Origin: Cladosporium halotolerans
Taxonomy: Eukaryota
Reading direction: 5' to 3'
DNA length: 64,000 bases
NCBI RefSeq assembly: GCF_011745625.1
Contig: NW_027191500.1
Coordinates: 1-64,000 of the forward strand
Part shown: piece after piece, positions 11,807-23,755 of the stretch
How positions within the stretch are numbered: position 1 is the stretch's first letter
Layout of the letters: each line of letters starts with the position of its first letter
Notes under the pieces: model-generated
What the model was told of the DNA's origin: nothing
Seen by the model: the letters and a program-made list of their open reading frames with translations, nothing else
Databases searched by the model: none
Position numbers and translations under genes: made by a program

Positions 11807-13602
11807 CTAGCTGGAAGTAGGTGGGTCGAAAATTTTGCCTGGTGAGGAGAGCGTTAGCGAGGTTGTACGTTCGTCTCGGAAAGGGCCAATCTCACCTGGG
11901 TTCATGATCCAAAGAGGATCCAGGCTAGCTTTCAGCTTCTGCATCACGCCGATGGTGTCGACGCCCAGCTCCTTGACGAGTGAAGCTTTCTTTCCGATGC
12001 CAATGCCATGCTCTCCCTGGTCGTCGGTCAGTAGACGCTCACCATGAACACCAAATTGACGCCACTCACCGTACACGTTCCCTCCATCTCCAATGCCCTG
12101 TCCACCATCCTCTTCACACACTCCTCAACCTTCTTCCTCTCCTCAGGATTCTTCGCATCATACATAATCGACTCGTGAAAGTTCCCATCCCCAATATGCC
12201 CCAGCACACTCGCAAACAACCCCAACTCATCCATCTCCTTCTTGCTCACCTCAATAATCTCCGCCAATCTCGACATCGGCACCGCCACATCCGTCGACCA
12301 CACCTCCTCTCCCGCCCCCCTCAACGCCAGCATACTCCACAAACTCTCCTTCCTCGCCGACCAAAGCGCCTTCTGCTCCTCCTCGTCCGCCGTGAACTCA
12401 AACCCGCCTCCCCCCTGCTTCCTACTGATCTCCCTCACCTGCTCCACATGCTCCGCCACCGCCCCGGGCGTCCCACTAAACTTGAAAAACAACGTCGGCC
12501 GCTCCGCCCACTTCCTCCCCCCCGCCCCGCCAGCCTTATTGATAACCCCCATCTGCACATCGTCCATCACCTCCATCGCCGCAACCGGAATCCCCGCCCT
12601 CATCACGCTCGCGCTCGTCGCCGCGCACGCCTTTATCGACGGGAACGCACACACCGCCACGCTCGTCGTCTGCGGCACGACGGCCAACTTCAGCGTGACC
12701 TCCGTCACGAGCCCCAGCGTCCCCTCGCTGCCCACGAACAGGCCCGTGAGGTTGTACCCCGCGGCGCTCTTGCGCGGCCGCTTCCGCGTCCTCACCACGC
12801 TCCCGTCCGCCAGCACGACCGTCAGGTTCACCACCCAGTCGCGCATCGTGCCGTACCGCACCGCGTTCGTCCCGCTGCACCCCGTCCCCACCATCCCGCC
12901 GATCATCGCCGTGGGGCCCGGGTCGACGGGGAAGAACAGCCCGTGCGGTTTGAGGGACTCGTTCAGCGCCATCCAGCCCACCGCGGGCTGGACCGTGACG
13001 TCCATGTCGTCGGGGCGCACGGACAGGATGGCGTCCATGTGCGCGAAGTCGACGCTGATGCCGCCGTGGGGGGCGCTGAAGTTCGCTTCGAGAGACGTGC
13101 CGCCGCTGTAGGGGATGAGGGGGATGCGGTGGGTGGAGCAGACGCGGGCGATGAGTTGGACGTCGGAGGTGGAGCGGGGGTAGGCGACGGCGACGGGCAG
13201 GGTGGTGGTGTTGATGCTGGACCAGGCGGAGAAGCCGTGGTTGTGGAGGTCGTCGGCGTCCGTGGAGATGGAGTCTTCGCCGAGCTGGGAGCGGAGGGAG
13301 GCGATGGCTGTTTCGAGGGTGGCGGTTGTTGCGTAGGTTGGGGTGGCGGTTGGGTTGGGGACGGGTTGGGATTGGGGTTTGGGGGAGGGGGAGGCGTCGC
13401 TGATGCCGTAGAGGTAGGTTAGAGTACCGGTGAAAGCTGAGAAGAGGAGGGCGCGGTTGGTCGTCCAGAAGGTTTGTCGTGTTGCGGTGGGGGAGTGAGG
13501 GGAGGTCGATTGCCATCGTTTGGTGTGGCGAAGGGTAGTTCGCCTGGCTCCGGCGAGCATTGATGCTGCTCGGGGAGAATGCATCTTGGATAACATTCTC
13601 AT
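11807..13602 (-). CDS. DLD1: Mitochondrial D-lactate dehydrogenase (cytochrome), FAD-linked oxidase; 3 exons
   Basis: PYSGGTSLEANF, FPVDPGP.AMIGGM, SAAGYNLTGLFVGSEGTLG, GHIGDGNFH, GEHGIG. Introns 12017-12069 and 11839-11895. Arg/Ser-rich N-terminus resembles a presequence; start is ATG 13602, 13596 or 13584. Confidence 0.92.
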
Positions 13603-14345
13603 GAAAGAGGTTCTATGTGACTTTCTTTCAAGCAATGGTGTTGCTTGTGAAATGTCCAATGTTGCGTCGGCAATTGAAGTCCAATCCCAGGTCCTCGGAT
13701 GAAAGCGACTCCGAGCAAGCGTTGCCGATGCGTGCACCTCCAATGCTCAAATACAACGCCAGCGATAGATCCGCGAAGACTCGTGTGGTCGAGAGGTCAC
13801 AATATATATTCAAAGGCAACGATTGAAAAAGGTTACGAGGTCAGAACTTACTACACGAGGGAGTGATGTTACTGCGGTGTCGGCTTCCAATTGCCCCACC
13901 TGCCCGCCCAAAGACGTTAAAGCTAGCCGTTGCGGGTGCGATTGGTCGGTGCATTCACCCTCCGTGAGTTAGTTTGGGGGTCACGGAGAGATCTTTTCTT
14001 TGGATTACTATCATACGACAAAAACCTACGGTATTCACTCCAAAAGCCATTCACGATGGAACTTATATGCTCAGGCTCATCAAAGTGACTTCTTGCTTAT
14101 ATATTTCGACAAGTAGCGTGAGAGAATGTGCTATTATCCAAGACGATGAATTCCGGCGGAAGCTGGGGACTCCCATGGCCCCCAAACTAACGGAAAGAGG
14201 GTGGGTCAATTGCCGAAACAGATGCCGATCTCCCTCTGTGTTCCTTGCCGATGAGGAGATTGTAGAGGCTGAGTAGTGGAACGACGTAGTACCTTTTAGG
14301 TCTTGTATATGTACACTGCAGGTGTACAGTAGCCCTACAGCCATG

Positions 14346-15569
14346 CTAGCTAAGTTTTACTCGAGAGTCATATAGAAGCGACACAAAGATCGCTTTGAAG
14401 AACGTGATCATGTCGAGGAGCCAGAAGATGACCACCAAGATTACCATCGCGGTAGCAACCCAAAGCACAGCATTGCTCTCAAACTCTTGCCCGAGGTAGA
14501 TGGTAGAAAGCGTGAAGCCTACGTTTGGGAAGATGAAGGCCCACCAAGTGTTGTGGAAGCTCATGCTTAGACTCCATTGCCCGTTGTCATCTCGTTGTAG
14601 CATGTTTGAGAGAATGCTCAAGGTCACTACAGCAAAGCACCAGAAGGTGAACACCCAGAGGAAGACGCCAGTCCAAGTAGCGAGCACCAGTAAGAACTCT
14701 GCCGCGGTAGGGTAGGTGGCGAAGTAGCCGTAGTCGGCCGGCGCACCGCGAGCGTTTCCGATCAGGACTACAATGGTGTATCCTGCAGTGCCAACTATCA
14801 TGTACAGTCCAGGTCGGACACTGGCGGCTGGTAACCCATTCTGGAGCATTGAGTTGAAGATGTAAGACAGATACACCAAGCTCATGACCCATCCAAATCC
14901 CTGGTACGCGACACCGGCAACCATAATTGGCAGGCGATGGTGAGGTGGCTGATTGCCGACAATGACTGCCGCGATGGTTCCCGTGAGCATAGCATGGAAG
15001 ACCGTAAGAAGAATTGCCGGGTTCGCCCCGCAGTTCGGAAGTGAAGAGTACTTGCTCATCACCACGAACACTACCACAGATGAGAGTAGAGTGCAGGCAG
15101 CGTAGATCCAGAAGCAGACACGAATGGCCGTTACCAGCCAAGGGCCACCGTGCTCGATGCCAAACTTATGCATGCCAACGATGATAGTGGCAATGGTAAG
15201 CCACCAGGATCCATAGAAGAAGCATTCTGGCGGTTGCGTGAAGCTGGCTTGAAATTTAGTCGGTCGAAGGACCCAGCGGGTGATGGTGAGCGCGCTGAAG
15301 ATGAGCCAGAGGACGATGTTGAAGATGAAAACGATTGTGCCGATGGTGCGAAGGCCGTCAAATTGCTTCGGACATTCGGATATTAGGATGGCGAGACCGC
15401 CAGTAGATTGTGTGCATGTGAACCAGCTCCAGTTGAAACGCTCCACAAGCCATGTCCTGGCATCGAGCCGCGAGCGCTCGTCCTGTGTCTTCCCGCTTTG
15501 ACCTGACGCACCATTCTCAGCGCCGTTGGCAGCCGCCGGACTGTCCAAAGAGTCGCTCGATTCCTTCAT
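14346..15569 (-). CDS. SLAC1/TDT-family C4-dicarboxylate (malate) transporter, Mae1-like
   Basis: FNWSWFTCTQSTGG and WWAFIFPNVGF motifs; about 10 hydrophobic helices; intronless. Confidence 0.88.
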   Translation of the reverse strand: MKESSDSLDSPAAANGAENGASGQSGKTQDERSRLDARTWLVERFNWSWFTCTQSTGGLAILISECPKQFDGLRTIGTIVFIFNIVLWLIFSALTITRWVLRPTKFQASFTQPPECFFYGSWWLTIATIIVGMHKFGIEHGGPWLVTAIRVCFWIYAACTLLSSVVVFVVMSKYSSLPNCGANPAILLTVFHAMLTGTIAAVIVGNQPPHHRLPIMVAGVAYQGFGWVMSLVYLSYIFNSMLQNGLPAASVRPGLYMIVGTAGYTIVVLIGNARGAPADYGYFATYPTAAEFLLVLATWTGVFLWVFTFWCFAVVTLSILSNMLQRDDNGQWSLSMSFHNTWWAFIFPNVGFTLSTIYLGQEFESNAVLWVATAMVILVVIFWLLDMITFFKAIFVSLLYDSRVKLS

Positions 15570-16042
15570 TTCATTGTGAGATGATAGAGTGAGAGATGTT
15601 CCACATGTGCAGACTTGAGTGAGATGTGGCGTCTCCGCGGGCAGACGGATCTACATGGTTTAGTCTGCCGCTCAAACCGAGGATCTGCGTTAGCCGTGCA
15701 GGGCCGAATGCTTGACCAAGAGCTTATATCCTATTTTTCTGGGGCGTGACAGTAAGAAATCGAGGGGACAGGTGGTATTGTGCTGAAACTGATGATCGGA
15801 TGGCTGTATAACTACGAAACAATCTTTGTACATCCACGGGTAGATGGCAAGTCGCGTCCAGGTCCAGCGTTGAGTGTACTGGTCGGATGACAAGTGCCAT
15901 CGCCGTCAAATCGTCAGAACCTACGTGCTTGTAGACTTAAAGTTCTATATGTGGCACTAGATTATATACGTCAATTGCTCGAAGGGCAGTGCAGTGTTTC
16001 TGGCTCGAAGTGAGAAGTGAGTTGGAAGTGCTCAGGAATCGT

Positions 16043-16083
16043 GTGACGTCACTCAGCGACCTCACGCGTTTCCCTGAACGCGT
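16043..16083. promoter_or_regulatory. CRE palindrome plus two MCB (ACGCGT) boxes upstream of SUB1
   Basis: GTGACGTCAC 16043-16052; ACGCGT at 16064-16069 and 16078-16083, about 100 bp before the ATG. Confidence 0.45.
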
Positions 16084-16176
16084 TCGCTCATCGTCAGCAC
16101 TTTCGTCGGCAGATCTGACAGCTCATCACTCACATCAGCTAGCCACCGTTGGATTGAGCTCATATCGAAATCCAGG

Positions 16177-16806
16177 ATGCCTGCCTCTCGCAAGCGCGGC
16201 GCCAGCGACGAGTACGAGGCCGACGGCGGCTTCGTCGAGGATGCCCCGAAGAGCAAAAAATCCAAGGCTGTTGCCGGCAGCAGTGCGGGCAAAGGGGATT
16301 CTGAGAATGAGTACTGGGAGGTGAGCCGAAGCTTCATACCTTGTATCGCTGGATTATATTGCTCACACGTTGCACAGCTGGGTCGCACTCGCCGTGTCCA
16401 GATCAACGAGTTCAGAGGCAAACAGCTCGTCGACATCCGCGAGTTCTACGAGAAAGACGACAAGATGCTTCCGGGAAAGAAGGTATGCTGAAGATTTCTG
16501 GCTCTGTCTCGAAGGCTGGGTATTCTGATAGTTGTCTAGGGGATTTCTCTGAACATCGAGCAATTTTCTTCGTTCGTTGATATGCTGCCTGAGATCGAGA
16601 GATCTCTGAAGGCGAAGGGCATTTCCATCCCGCGTCCGGCATATGACGGCTCCGCTTCGAAAAACAACGACAATGAACAGGAACCGAATGACAAAGTCCA
16701 AGCTGAAGCGAGTGAGGACGATAACGCCACCCCCGGCACGTCCAGCAGACTAGACAAGTACAAGCTCAAGGCTAACCACGAGGCTACGAGTGATGAAGGC
16801 GAGTGA
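16177..16806 (+). CDS. SUB1: Transcriptional coactivator PC4/Sub1 (ssDNA-binding), 3 exons
   Basis: YWE|LGRTRRVQINEFRGKQLVDIREFYEKDDKMLPGKK|GISL PC4 domain. Introns 16321-16377 and 16483-16539. Confidence 0.9.
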
Positions 16807-17048
16807 AATGGCTGCCTCGATCTGTACGGCCTGCCGCTTTCGCTCAGACTGCCTGTATTTGATGGCCACAAGGGGGCAGAATTATGATCCTTGCTTACAT
16901 TGCGCGATACCCTTGCTATTCATGCCACGACGTCAGCTTAATGACTAAATTTTTCCAAATCGATTCTCAAGTCGTCACCACAGGTGACACGTACTCAGGA
17001 AGAAAAAGCGACATCATAATTTAATTGCAGCGCGACAGCTTTATGCCT

Positions 17049-19076
17049 TCAATTCTGCTGAGAGTCGACCTTGGCGAGGTATCTCCCGTCGTCTTCTTTG
17101 ACGAGGTCTGCTCCCTTCTCCGCGACAGCGTATGTCGTTGCCATGATGTTACCGCTCACATGGCCTGGGAAGACGGAGGCATCGATGACACGCAGACGCT
17201 TTGCTCCTTTCACGAAAAGCCTGTTGTCCAGTGCTGCACCCAATCCAACACTCCCGGTCAGATGGTACTGCGTCGAGATATGGCTCCTAACATATTTCAT
17301 CCTTTCCTCTTCTGTGTCAATTTGTTCGTCTGCCGAAGGTTGGATACGTTCTCCGAGACTCTTCGCCAGCACTGGTTGGGATGCGACTTTGTCCATCCAT
17401 TTGATCCCTTCAGCGAGGATCTTGGTATCGACCGGGTGTTTGAGATACCCGGTGTCGATTCGAGGCTTGTCAAAAGGATTGTCACTAGTGATGTGTACAC
17501 TACCACGGCTCAGAGGGTGCTCCAAGCATACAAGGAGACTGACACGGTTCTTGCCCTCTGGTGGCGGGGCAAAGAACGCGACCTGAGATTCTCCGGCACT
17601 GACGTCTAGCTGACAAGGAATGCCTATCGATATATGTCAGATACAAATAATATAGGTAGCTAACCGACGAAGACTTACAAAATGTTTGTATATTGGCGAA
17701 AGTGGGATCAGAAAGCTGATTGACGATGACCTCTTCTTGGGCCTTCTCGAAGGCGGTCTTGGCTGAAGAGTGCTCTCGGATCTCCCCGATGGTACGCTCC
17801 AATGTCTCTTGATCAACCAAAGATGCGTAACTCACAAACCCCATGAGCATCCCCGGACTACCATACGCACCTTTGTTGGTTCTCCGGTAAATCTCCTCCT
17901 GCGCTTCAGCATACTCCACGCCATGGAGAGAATCCATCGACTTCACTCCATCTGCGAGGTCGTAGAGCATGCCGCCGAGCACGTGGTCCTGGAAGTTGGC
18001 TCCGACATCCTTGTTCTCGATCTTGCACTCAACGCCTGCAGCTTGGAGCACGGCGGGGTCACCAATGCCGGAGAGCTCCAGGATCTGCGGGCTCTGGATT
18101 GTACCAGCAGACAAAATCACCTCTCTGGAAGCATTGACCTTGTGAGTCTTGCCGTCGGACATGAACTCGATCCCAGTCGCGACGTCTCCATCAAGTATAA
18201 TCTTGCTGACCATGGCCTCCGTCAGGACTTTCAGATTTTCTCGCCCAGCGTTAGGAAGCAGGTATCCAGTCGCAGCGTAGCTTCGTCTTCCGGGATCTGT
18301 TGTTCGATTGACAGCGGCAAGACTAGAATAGAATCCCATATGATCACCCGACCATGCATCAACGAGGGTGCTGGGCTTGCCGCCGACCGCGTATGCAGCT
18401 TTGCAGAAATCGTACTCGAATGGCTTGGAAGGTGTCAGCTAGCAAAACGACTTTTGTGGCAGAACACCAAGCTCACTTCATAATGGTCATTGAAAGAAGT
18501 GTGTATAGGGCCATCGTTACCGTGATGTCCTTCCTTTGCGGCATACGGCATGAACTGCGGATCCGGATGGACTTCACCGTTCGGATCGTAGCACTGGTGC
18601 TTGCGGAAGTAAGGTGCCATCCCTTCCCACCCCCAGCCTTTGTTGCCCATCCTCTCCCAGCCGTCATAGTCAGCCCGACTGCCTCGAACGTACATCTATT
18701 GTGATATCAGCATCGAGACCAGCATCGGTCGGTCTATTTCACAGCTTATGCGTACCAGATAGTTGATCGCAGAGCTTCCACCAAGCAACTTGCCTCTGGG
18801 CATCGAGTACTTCTTTCCGTTCGCGCTCTCTTGGGGTATGGTTTCAAAGCACCAATCGTATTTTTCACGCCCGATCAGAGTAGGATACAGACTCGGCGTG
18901 TAGACTTGGGGATCAAGTGTCAGGTCTTTGCCGGCTTCAACCACTGCTACCTTGACGTCCGGGTTTTCTGTTAGGCGAGCCGCGACACAGAGGCCTGCGG
19001 TGCCACCTCCGACGACGATGTAGTCGTATTCATGCTCAAGAAAATCGGACAGGGAACATAGTGCGGAAGTCGACAT
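17049..19076 (-). CDS. GMC oxidoreductase (AA3), 4 exons
   Basis: YDYIVVGGGTAG FAD-binding motif, PRGKLLGGSSAIN, EVILSAGTIQSPQILELSGIG, LRVIDASVFP. Active-site YH..G and GN (His/Asn pair). Three introns near 18700-18755, 18425-18478 and 17625-17680. Confidence 0.92.
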
Positions 19077-19806
19077 GTTTGTGGTGTTACTACGGTCTAA
19101 GGTGGGCTTGTATTGGAGCTATCAGTATGGCTGTTGAACGCAACCGCGCGTCTCGTTCCCAAGGTCTGCATCTATCGACTCTGGTTTGTACTCCCTCGGG
19201 ACAATGGAGCTGCATCATGGATCCCCCGCCTTTGAATCCTTGAGCTCGGTTGATCATGATCTGCGTCCATGTAGCTAGTGTGTACCCCTCAAGATCCCGT
19301 GCGCAGCTGTCACAGGTGAACTGTGGTACATGTAGATCAAGTGCCCACCAAAAGGCGTTATGTCCGCTACTCGATACATTCCTAGCTTACAGCACTCATA
19401 TGTTTTTATGCATGTCGGGAAACGTTCAATTACGTTCCGAGTAGCATCATAAAAACGTGCACGCAAGGCGATGGATGACATCCTGCCAACCTTGATCTAG
19501 TTAACCGAGCTGTTTCTTGGCCGGTCTCTGGGGACACACGCTCTGCACATCGGAATAATTTTACTAATCACTGAATGACCGCCCATATTGCCCTTTCTTT
19601 CGCTGCCTCTCGTCCATGGTGTGCTTCATGACTACAGACTTTGACCTGGCCAGGAATCCGATCGCTTATGCCCGGAGCAGAGTGATCACTTTGCAAGCCG
19701 GAAGAAATCCTCAAATCGCGATTGGCGACCAAAAATCGAGGCGCCTTGGAATACAGTGCGTAGCATATCGATGTGCTGATATGGCGAGATCCAACAAAAA
19801 GATCAG

Positions 19807-19879
19807 TGCCCTAAGACGGAGTCGAACCGGCGACCTCGTCATTACTAGTGACGCGCTCTACCAACTGAGCTATCAGGGC
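19807..19879 (-). tRNA. tRNA-Thr (anticodon AGT), intronless
   Basis: Reverse complement GCCCTGATAGCTCAGTTGGTAGAGCGCGTCACTAGTAATGACGAGGTCGCCGGTTCGACTCCGTCTTAGGGCA folds as a cloverleaf. Anticodon stem CGTCA/TGACG, loop CT-AGT-AA, TTCGA T-loop; one C-T mismatch in the T stem. Confidence 0.95.
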
Positions 19880-20253
19880 GAGCACTCATCGTTGAATTCG
19901 ATGTCACGTGAGTGTCTACAGTGTCTATGTCGGTTGCCGCCGCTCCTGGCTGTGGGTTCCCGCTGCGCGCGAGCGTGGACGAGACTTATCCAGCCGCCAA
20001 TGCGACCAAGGCCAGTGTAATCCAAAGGAGCCAGGGAAGTCTTCAGTGGTGCTCCAGTACGATATGGTTCGTGGAGCTCTGTCAAAGAGCGCACACTTTC
20101 GGGATGGCGCCAGGGACTGAATAACACCTTCTGACGGTTGCGGAAGTCGCGGACATTCCGGACGGCATTTTGCAAAACCTGTCCACACCTCAACAGCAGC
20201 CGTCATACTCATCAATCATCATTCATTTCCTTGCAACCCTGTCGTTGTATTCT

Positions 20254-21288
20254 TCACCGTCTCATAAAATCCCTCACATCCCAAACCAGTACCTTTTCAT
20301 CCCATGCACAGGTGGAGCACCAGCCTTCAGCTCCGAACATACACCAGTCCACACCCATGGCAAATTCGGTATGGGCGTCCATCCTGCCGAGCTCACGTCC
20401 AAAACCAACGCCACTGCCGCCATTATCCTGCGTTGATCCGTCCGTCCAGACTCTACAGCTCATGTCGTAGCTTGCAGATAGGAGGGTATCGCTTAAATGA
20501 GGGCTCCAGCTAACCCTTCTTACTGCGTACTCATGACCAGGGAGGACATTCACAGGGCCTGAAGGTGCGCGTAGGTCGAACGTACGGATGGTACCATCCA
20601 CTCCAGCGGTCGCGAGGACTGAGTCGCGGTATTTGTTCCAGTCATGCGTGAGACACTCTGACGGCTGGACGCCGCCAGTCACGTTGTCTGGTATGGGAAT
20701 CTTGAGCGGCGCATGTATAGGAATTGCAAGCGTGAGGTGATTCTGTGCGCTGGGCTTTTGTCGCAGGTCGAAAACCCGGAGGTGTGAATCGCGAGACACG
20801 CAGGTCACGATGTCCGGATGGTGCGGGCTGAACTCTGCGGAATATACGCAAGAGTGTACAGGTAAGGTCACGAGACTCTCTTTGCGCTCGGGTGCCCATA
20901 TCTTCACCGTCCCATCCCAGCTGCTGGAGAGGAAGGTGTTCTTGTTCACCAGATTCCAATGTACCGAAAAGACCTCGCGCCCATGCTCTTGCCATCCTGC
21001 AACTGGGAACTCGCCCACGCCGATATCGAATAGTTTGATGCTCCCATCGCCTCCTGCAGTAAGCAGCTGATTCTCGTGCTGTTCTGACCAGGTAAGATCG
21101 AAGAGGCAGTCTTGTGTTTCAAAGAACTTTTCGCAAACGATTCCCTCTGCTGTCAAGTTGAGTATGAATAATCTGCCGTTTCCTACGAGTCCGAAATTGG
21201 CGCCTGCACTGACTGCGAGTCGTGAATCGAAGAACGGCGAGTACTTGACGCTGTACGGGTTGAACCCGGCGGTCCGGAATTCGAGCAT
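20254..21288 (-). CDS. PEX7: Peroxisomal targeting signal 2 receptor (WD40)
   Basis: MLEFRT.GFN.YSVKYSPFFDSRLAV...NFGLVGNGRL N-terminus, WD repeats, HDWNKY, GHEYAVRR. Confidence 0.95.
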   Translation of the reverse strand: MLEFRTAGFNPYSVKYSPFFDSRLAVSAGANFGLVGNGRLFILNLTAEGIVCEKFFETQDCLFDLTWSEQHENQLLTAGGDGSIKLFDIGVGEFPVAGWQEHGREVFSVHWNLVNKNTFLSSSWDGTVKIWAPERKESLVTLPVHSCVYSAEFSPHHPDIVTCVSRDSHLRVFDLRQKPSAQNHLTLAIPIHAPLKIPIPDNVTGGVQPSECLTHDWNKYRDSVLATAGVDGTIRTFDLRAPSGPVNVLPGHEYAVRRVSWSPHLSDTLLSASYDMSCRVWTDGSTQDNGGSGVGFGRELGRMDAHTEFAMGVDWCMFGAEGWCSTCAWDEKVLVWDVRDFMRR

Positions 21289-21572
21289 CTTGACGCGCTG
21301 GAGGGCGTAGGAGATATGTCAATTGAAGGTACTTTCTAAGGGTGTCCACGCATCGTACAAGTCCGTTCCCCAGGTTAGTGAGGCATTCAGCAGTTCGATC
21401 TGTTGCATAGAAGTGGAAGAAGAGCGGCGGAGTGACGCAGTTGCATGTGCCAAAAGCCGACGAACGCGCCAAGCAGCCGAGGTTCGAGGACGTTTGTTTT
21501 CCAGCGCCGGTCAATCATAAATGGCCAGCTTACCACAGCAATATCCAGGAAACATCGATCTAATCCGGCAGC

Positions 21573-23334
21573 ATGACCGACGAAGCAGTCTCGGCTTCGG
21601 CCAGAGGCGCGACGTTTTTGATCCTCCTACAAATGGGATCCAGGGCCATCACTTTCGGCCTCAACCAATTCCTCCTGCGGTTCCTCTCTCCGGAATTGTT
21701 GGGAGTTTCAGTGCAACTGGAGCTGTTTGTCATCTCGACCTTGTACTTTGCTCGTGAAAGCCTACGGATCGTCGCGCAAAGGCGCTCAGATGGTGGCGTG
21801 CAAGCTGCCATCAACCTATCCTACCTGGCTATTTTGGCTGGCGGGCCCATTGGCTTCACGCTTGCTCAGGCATATCTGAGGACAGACACTCCAAACGTAG
21901 CATACCTGCACGTATCACTGAAGATATGCCATTTTGCAGCGATGATCGAACTGCTCTCGGAGCCAAGCTTCGTGGCCGTGCAGCAGAAAATGTTGTACAA
22001 GACCCGAGCCACCGCTGAAGGTGCTGCAGTTTTGATGAAGACCTTTGCTACAGCTGGTCTTGTCTTTTGGAGTAATCATCGATCTATTAATATCGGTGTC
22101 CTGCCTTTCGCTGCAGGTGAATTTGCTTACGGGGCATCGCTCGCGGTGGTGTACATTTGGTCGATGAGCTCTGTAGCCCGCGAGAAAGGCTTCTCGCTGT
22201 TTCCGCGGGAAATGTCTGAGAGGTGCGTGATCCAACCTCTCTTGTGTTAGAGTGTCTTGTGTTGATTTGGTCGTCAGATCCGGCATTCATTATTACCTGG
22301 GTCTCTTTTCCAAGCCCTTGCTGTCTCTGAGCTTCTCTTTGTACCTGCAGACGGGCATTAAATACATTCTCACGGAGGGCGACAAGTACCTCATCTCAGC
22401 TCTCGCTACTCTCAAAGACACCGGCATGTATGCTCTTTCTGCAAACTACGGCGGGTTGATTGCGCGTATGCTCTTCCGGCCGATTGAGGACAGCTCTCGC
22501 AATCTGTTCGCAAACCTTTGCTCTGATGCTGTCGAGACCAGACAAATTGGTGGCATCACGAAGAAGTCCGAGCCGAAACAGAACAACGCCAACATCTACC
22601 AAGCTGCAACGATACTGAAAGATATTCTGCGCATCTACAGTCTGATTTCTCTCATCGCATTTGCAGTCGGACCTTCAGTTGCTCCACTTCTCCTGCGCCT
22701 CGTTGCTGGAGCTCAATGGTCAGACACTGGAGCTGGTGACGTTTTGGGAACATACTGCTACTACATCCCCTTGCTTGCTGTCAACGGTGTCAGTGAGGCT
22801 TTCGTATCCGCAACAGCTTCGACCAAAGACCTTCGTACGCAGAGTATCTGGATGGGCGGCTTTTTCATTGCCTTTGCAGGCAGCGCATACGTCTTCCTAA
22901 GTGTACTCGATATGGGTGCGAAAGGACTTGTGTTAGCCAATTGTGTCAACATGGCTTCGCGAATAATCTTCAATTTGCAATTCGTGCAGAGATACTTTGC
23001 GGAACGTCAAGTGGTGGGTATCAGTGATTCCATCGATCCGATTCATCTACTGACAAATACCCAGGAGTTCCATTTTACTGATCTCGTACCCAATCTCTAC
23101 GCAATTGCTGGCACAGCCGTCGTCCCGAGCTTGCTCAGTCAGGCGCGACACATCTTTCAGCAGTACGGTCTATTGGGTGATCTCGTTGGTGTCGGCAGCA
23201 TCGGAGCTGTCTTCGCTGCTTTCGTGTACGTTTCCAGCGTCCGCTTCTAATAGATGCATTGATGCTAACCAGCCGTCAGACTCGCCACCGAGCGTACCTA
23301 CTTGATGGAATGCTATAAGCGATTTCGGACATAG
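21573..23334 (+). CDS. RFT1: Man5GlcNAc2-PP-dolichol translocation protein Rft1, 4 exons
   Basis: GATFLILLQ..SRAITF.LNQ, LYFARESLR, KYILTEGDK, NYGGLIARMLFRPIE. Introns approx. 22222-22278, 23014-23064 and 23226-23279. Confidence 0.9.
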
Positions 23335-23755
23335 TCCCGGCTTCCATTGGCTCCATATCAGGCTTATATTGGAACATGTACTTTCTATACAGAGAACAAA
23401 GCCTTCATTGGCCAAATCCAATCCCCGGCCTGCGGTCTTACTCCGCCGATATCGGATTGGTGGAAATTAAAGTTTCGCCACGAATCTCTAAATCCGAGCC
23501 TATGCCCGCGCTGGCCGTCATCGCAGAGACCATCATCACCCGTGCCGCCCGTAAACACTGCGATGTCCTGCGATGACGGGCTCTGAGATTGACTTGAGCA
23601 CCGATTCGCAACGTCGAAGACTCCGTCAGTCGGTCTTGACTGAATTGATGGAAAAAGTAATGTCTTATTAAAGGTAGATCCCATGGTCGCACGGAACGTG
23701 CTTTTGCAGGACACCAGATCATAGACTCGCGGGTTTTGGGCAAGACTGCAATAAC

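Noticed and set aside
11980..13422. 480-aa + strand ORF and other long ORFs overlapping DLD1
   Set aside because: Antisense shadows of a GC3-rich real gene; Arg/Pro/His low-complexity sequence with no motifs.
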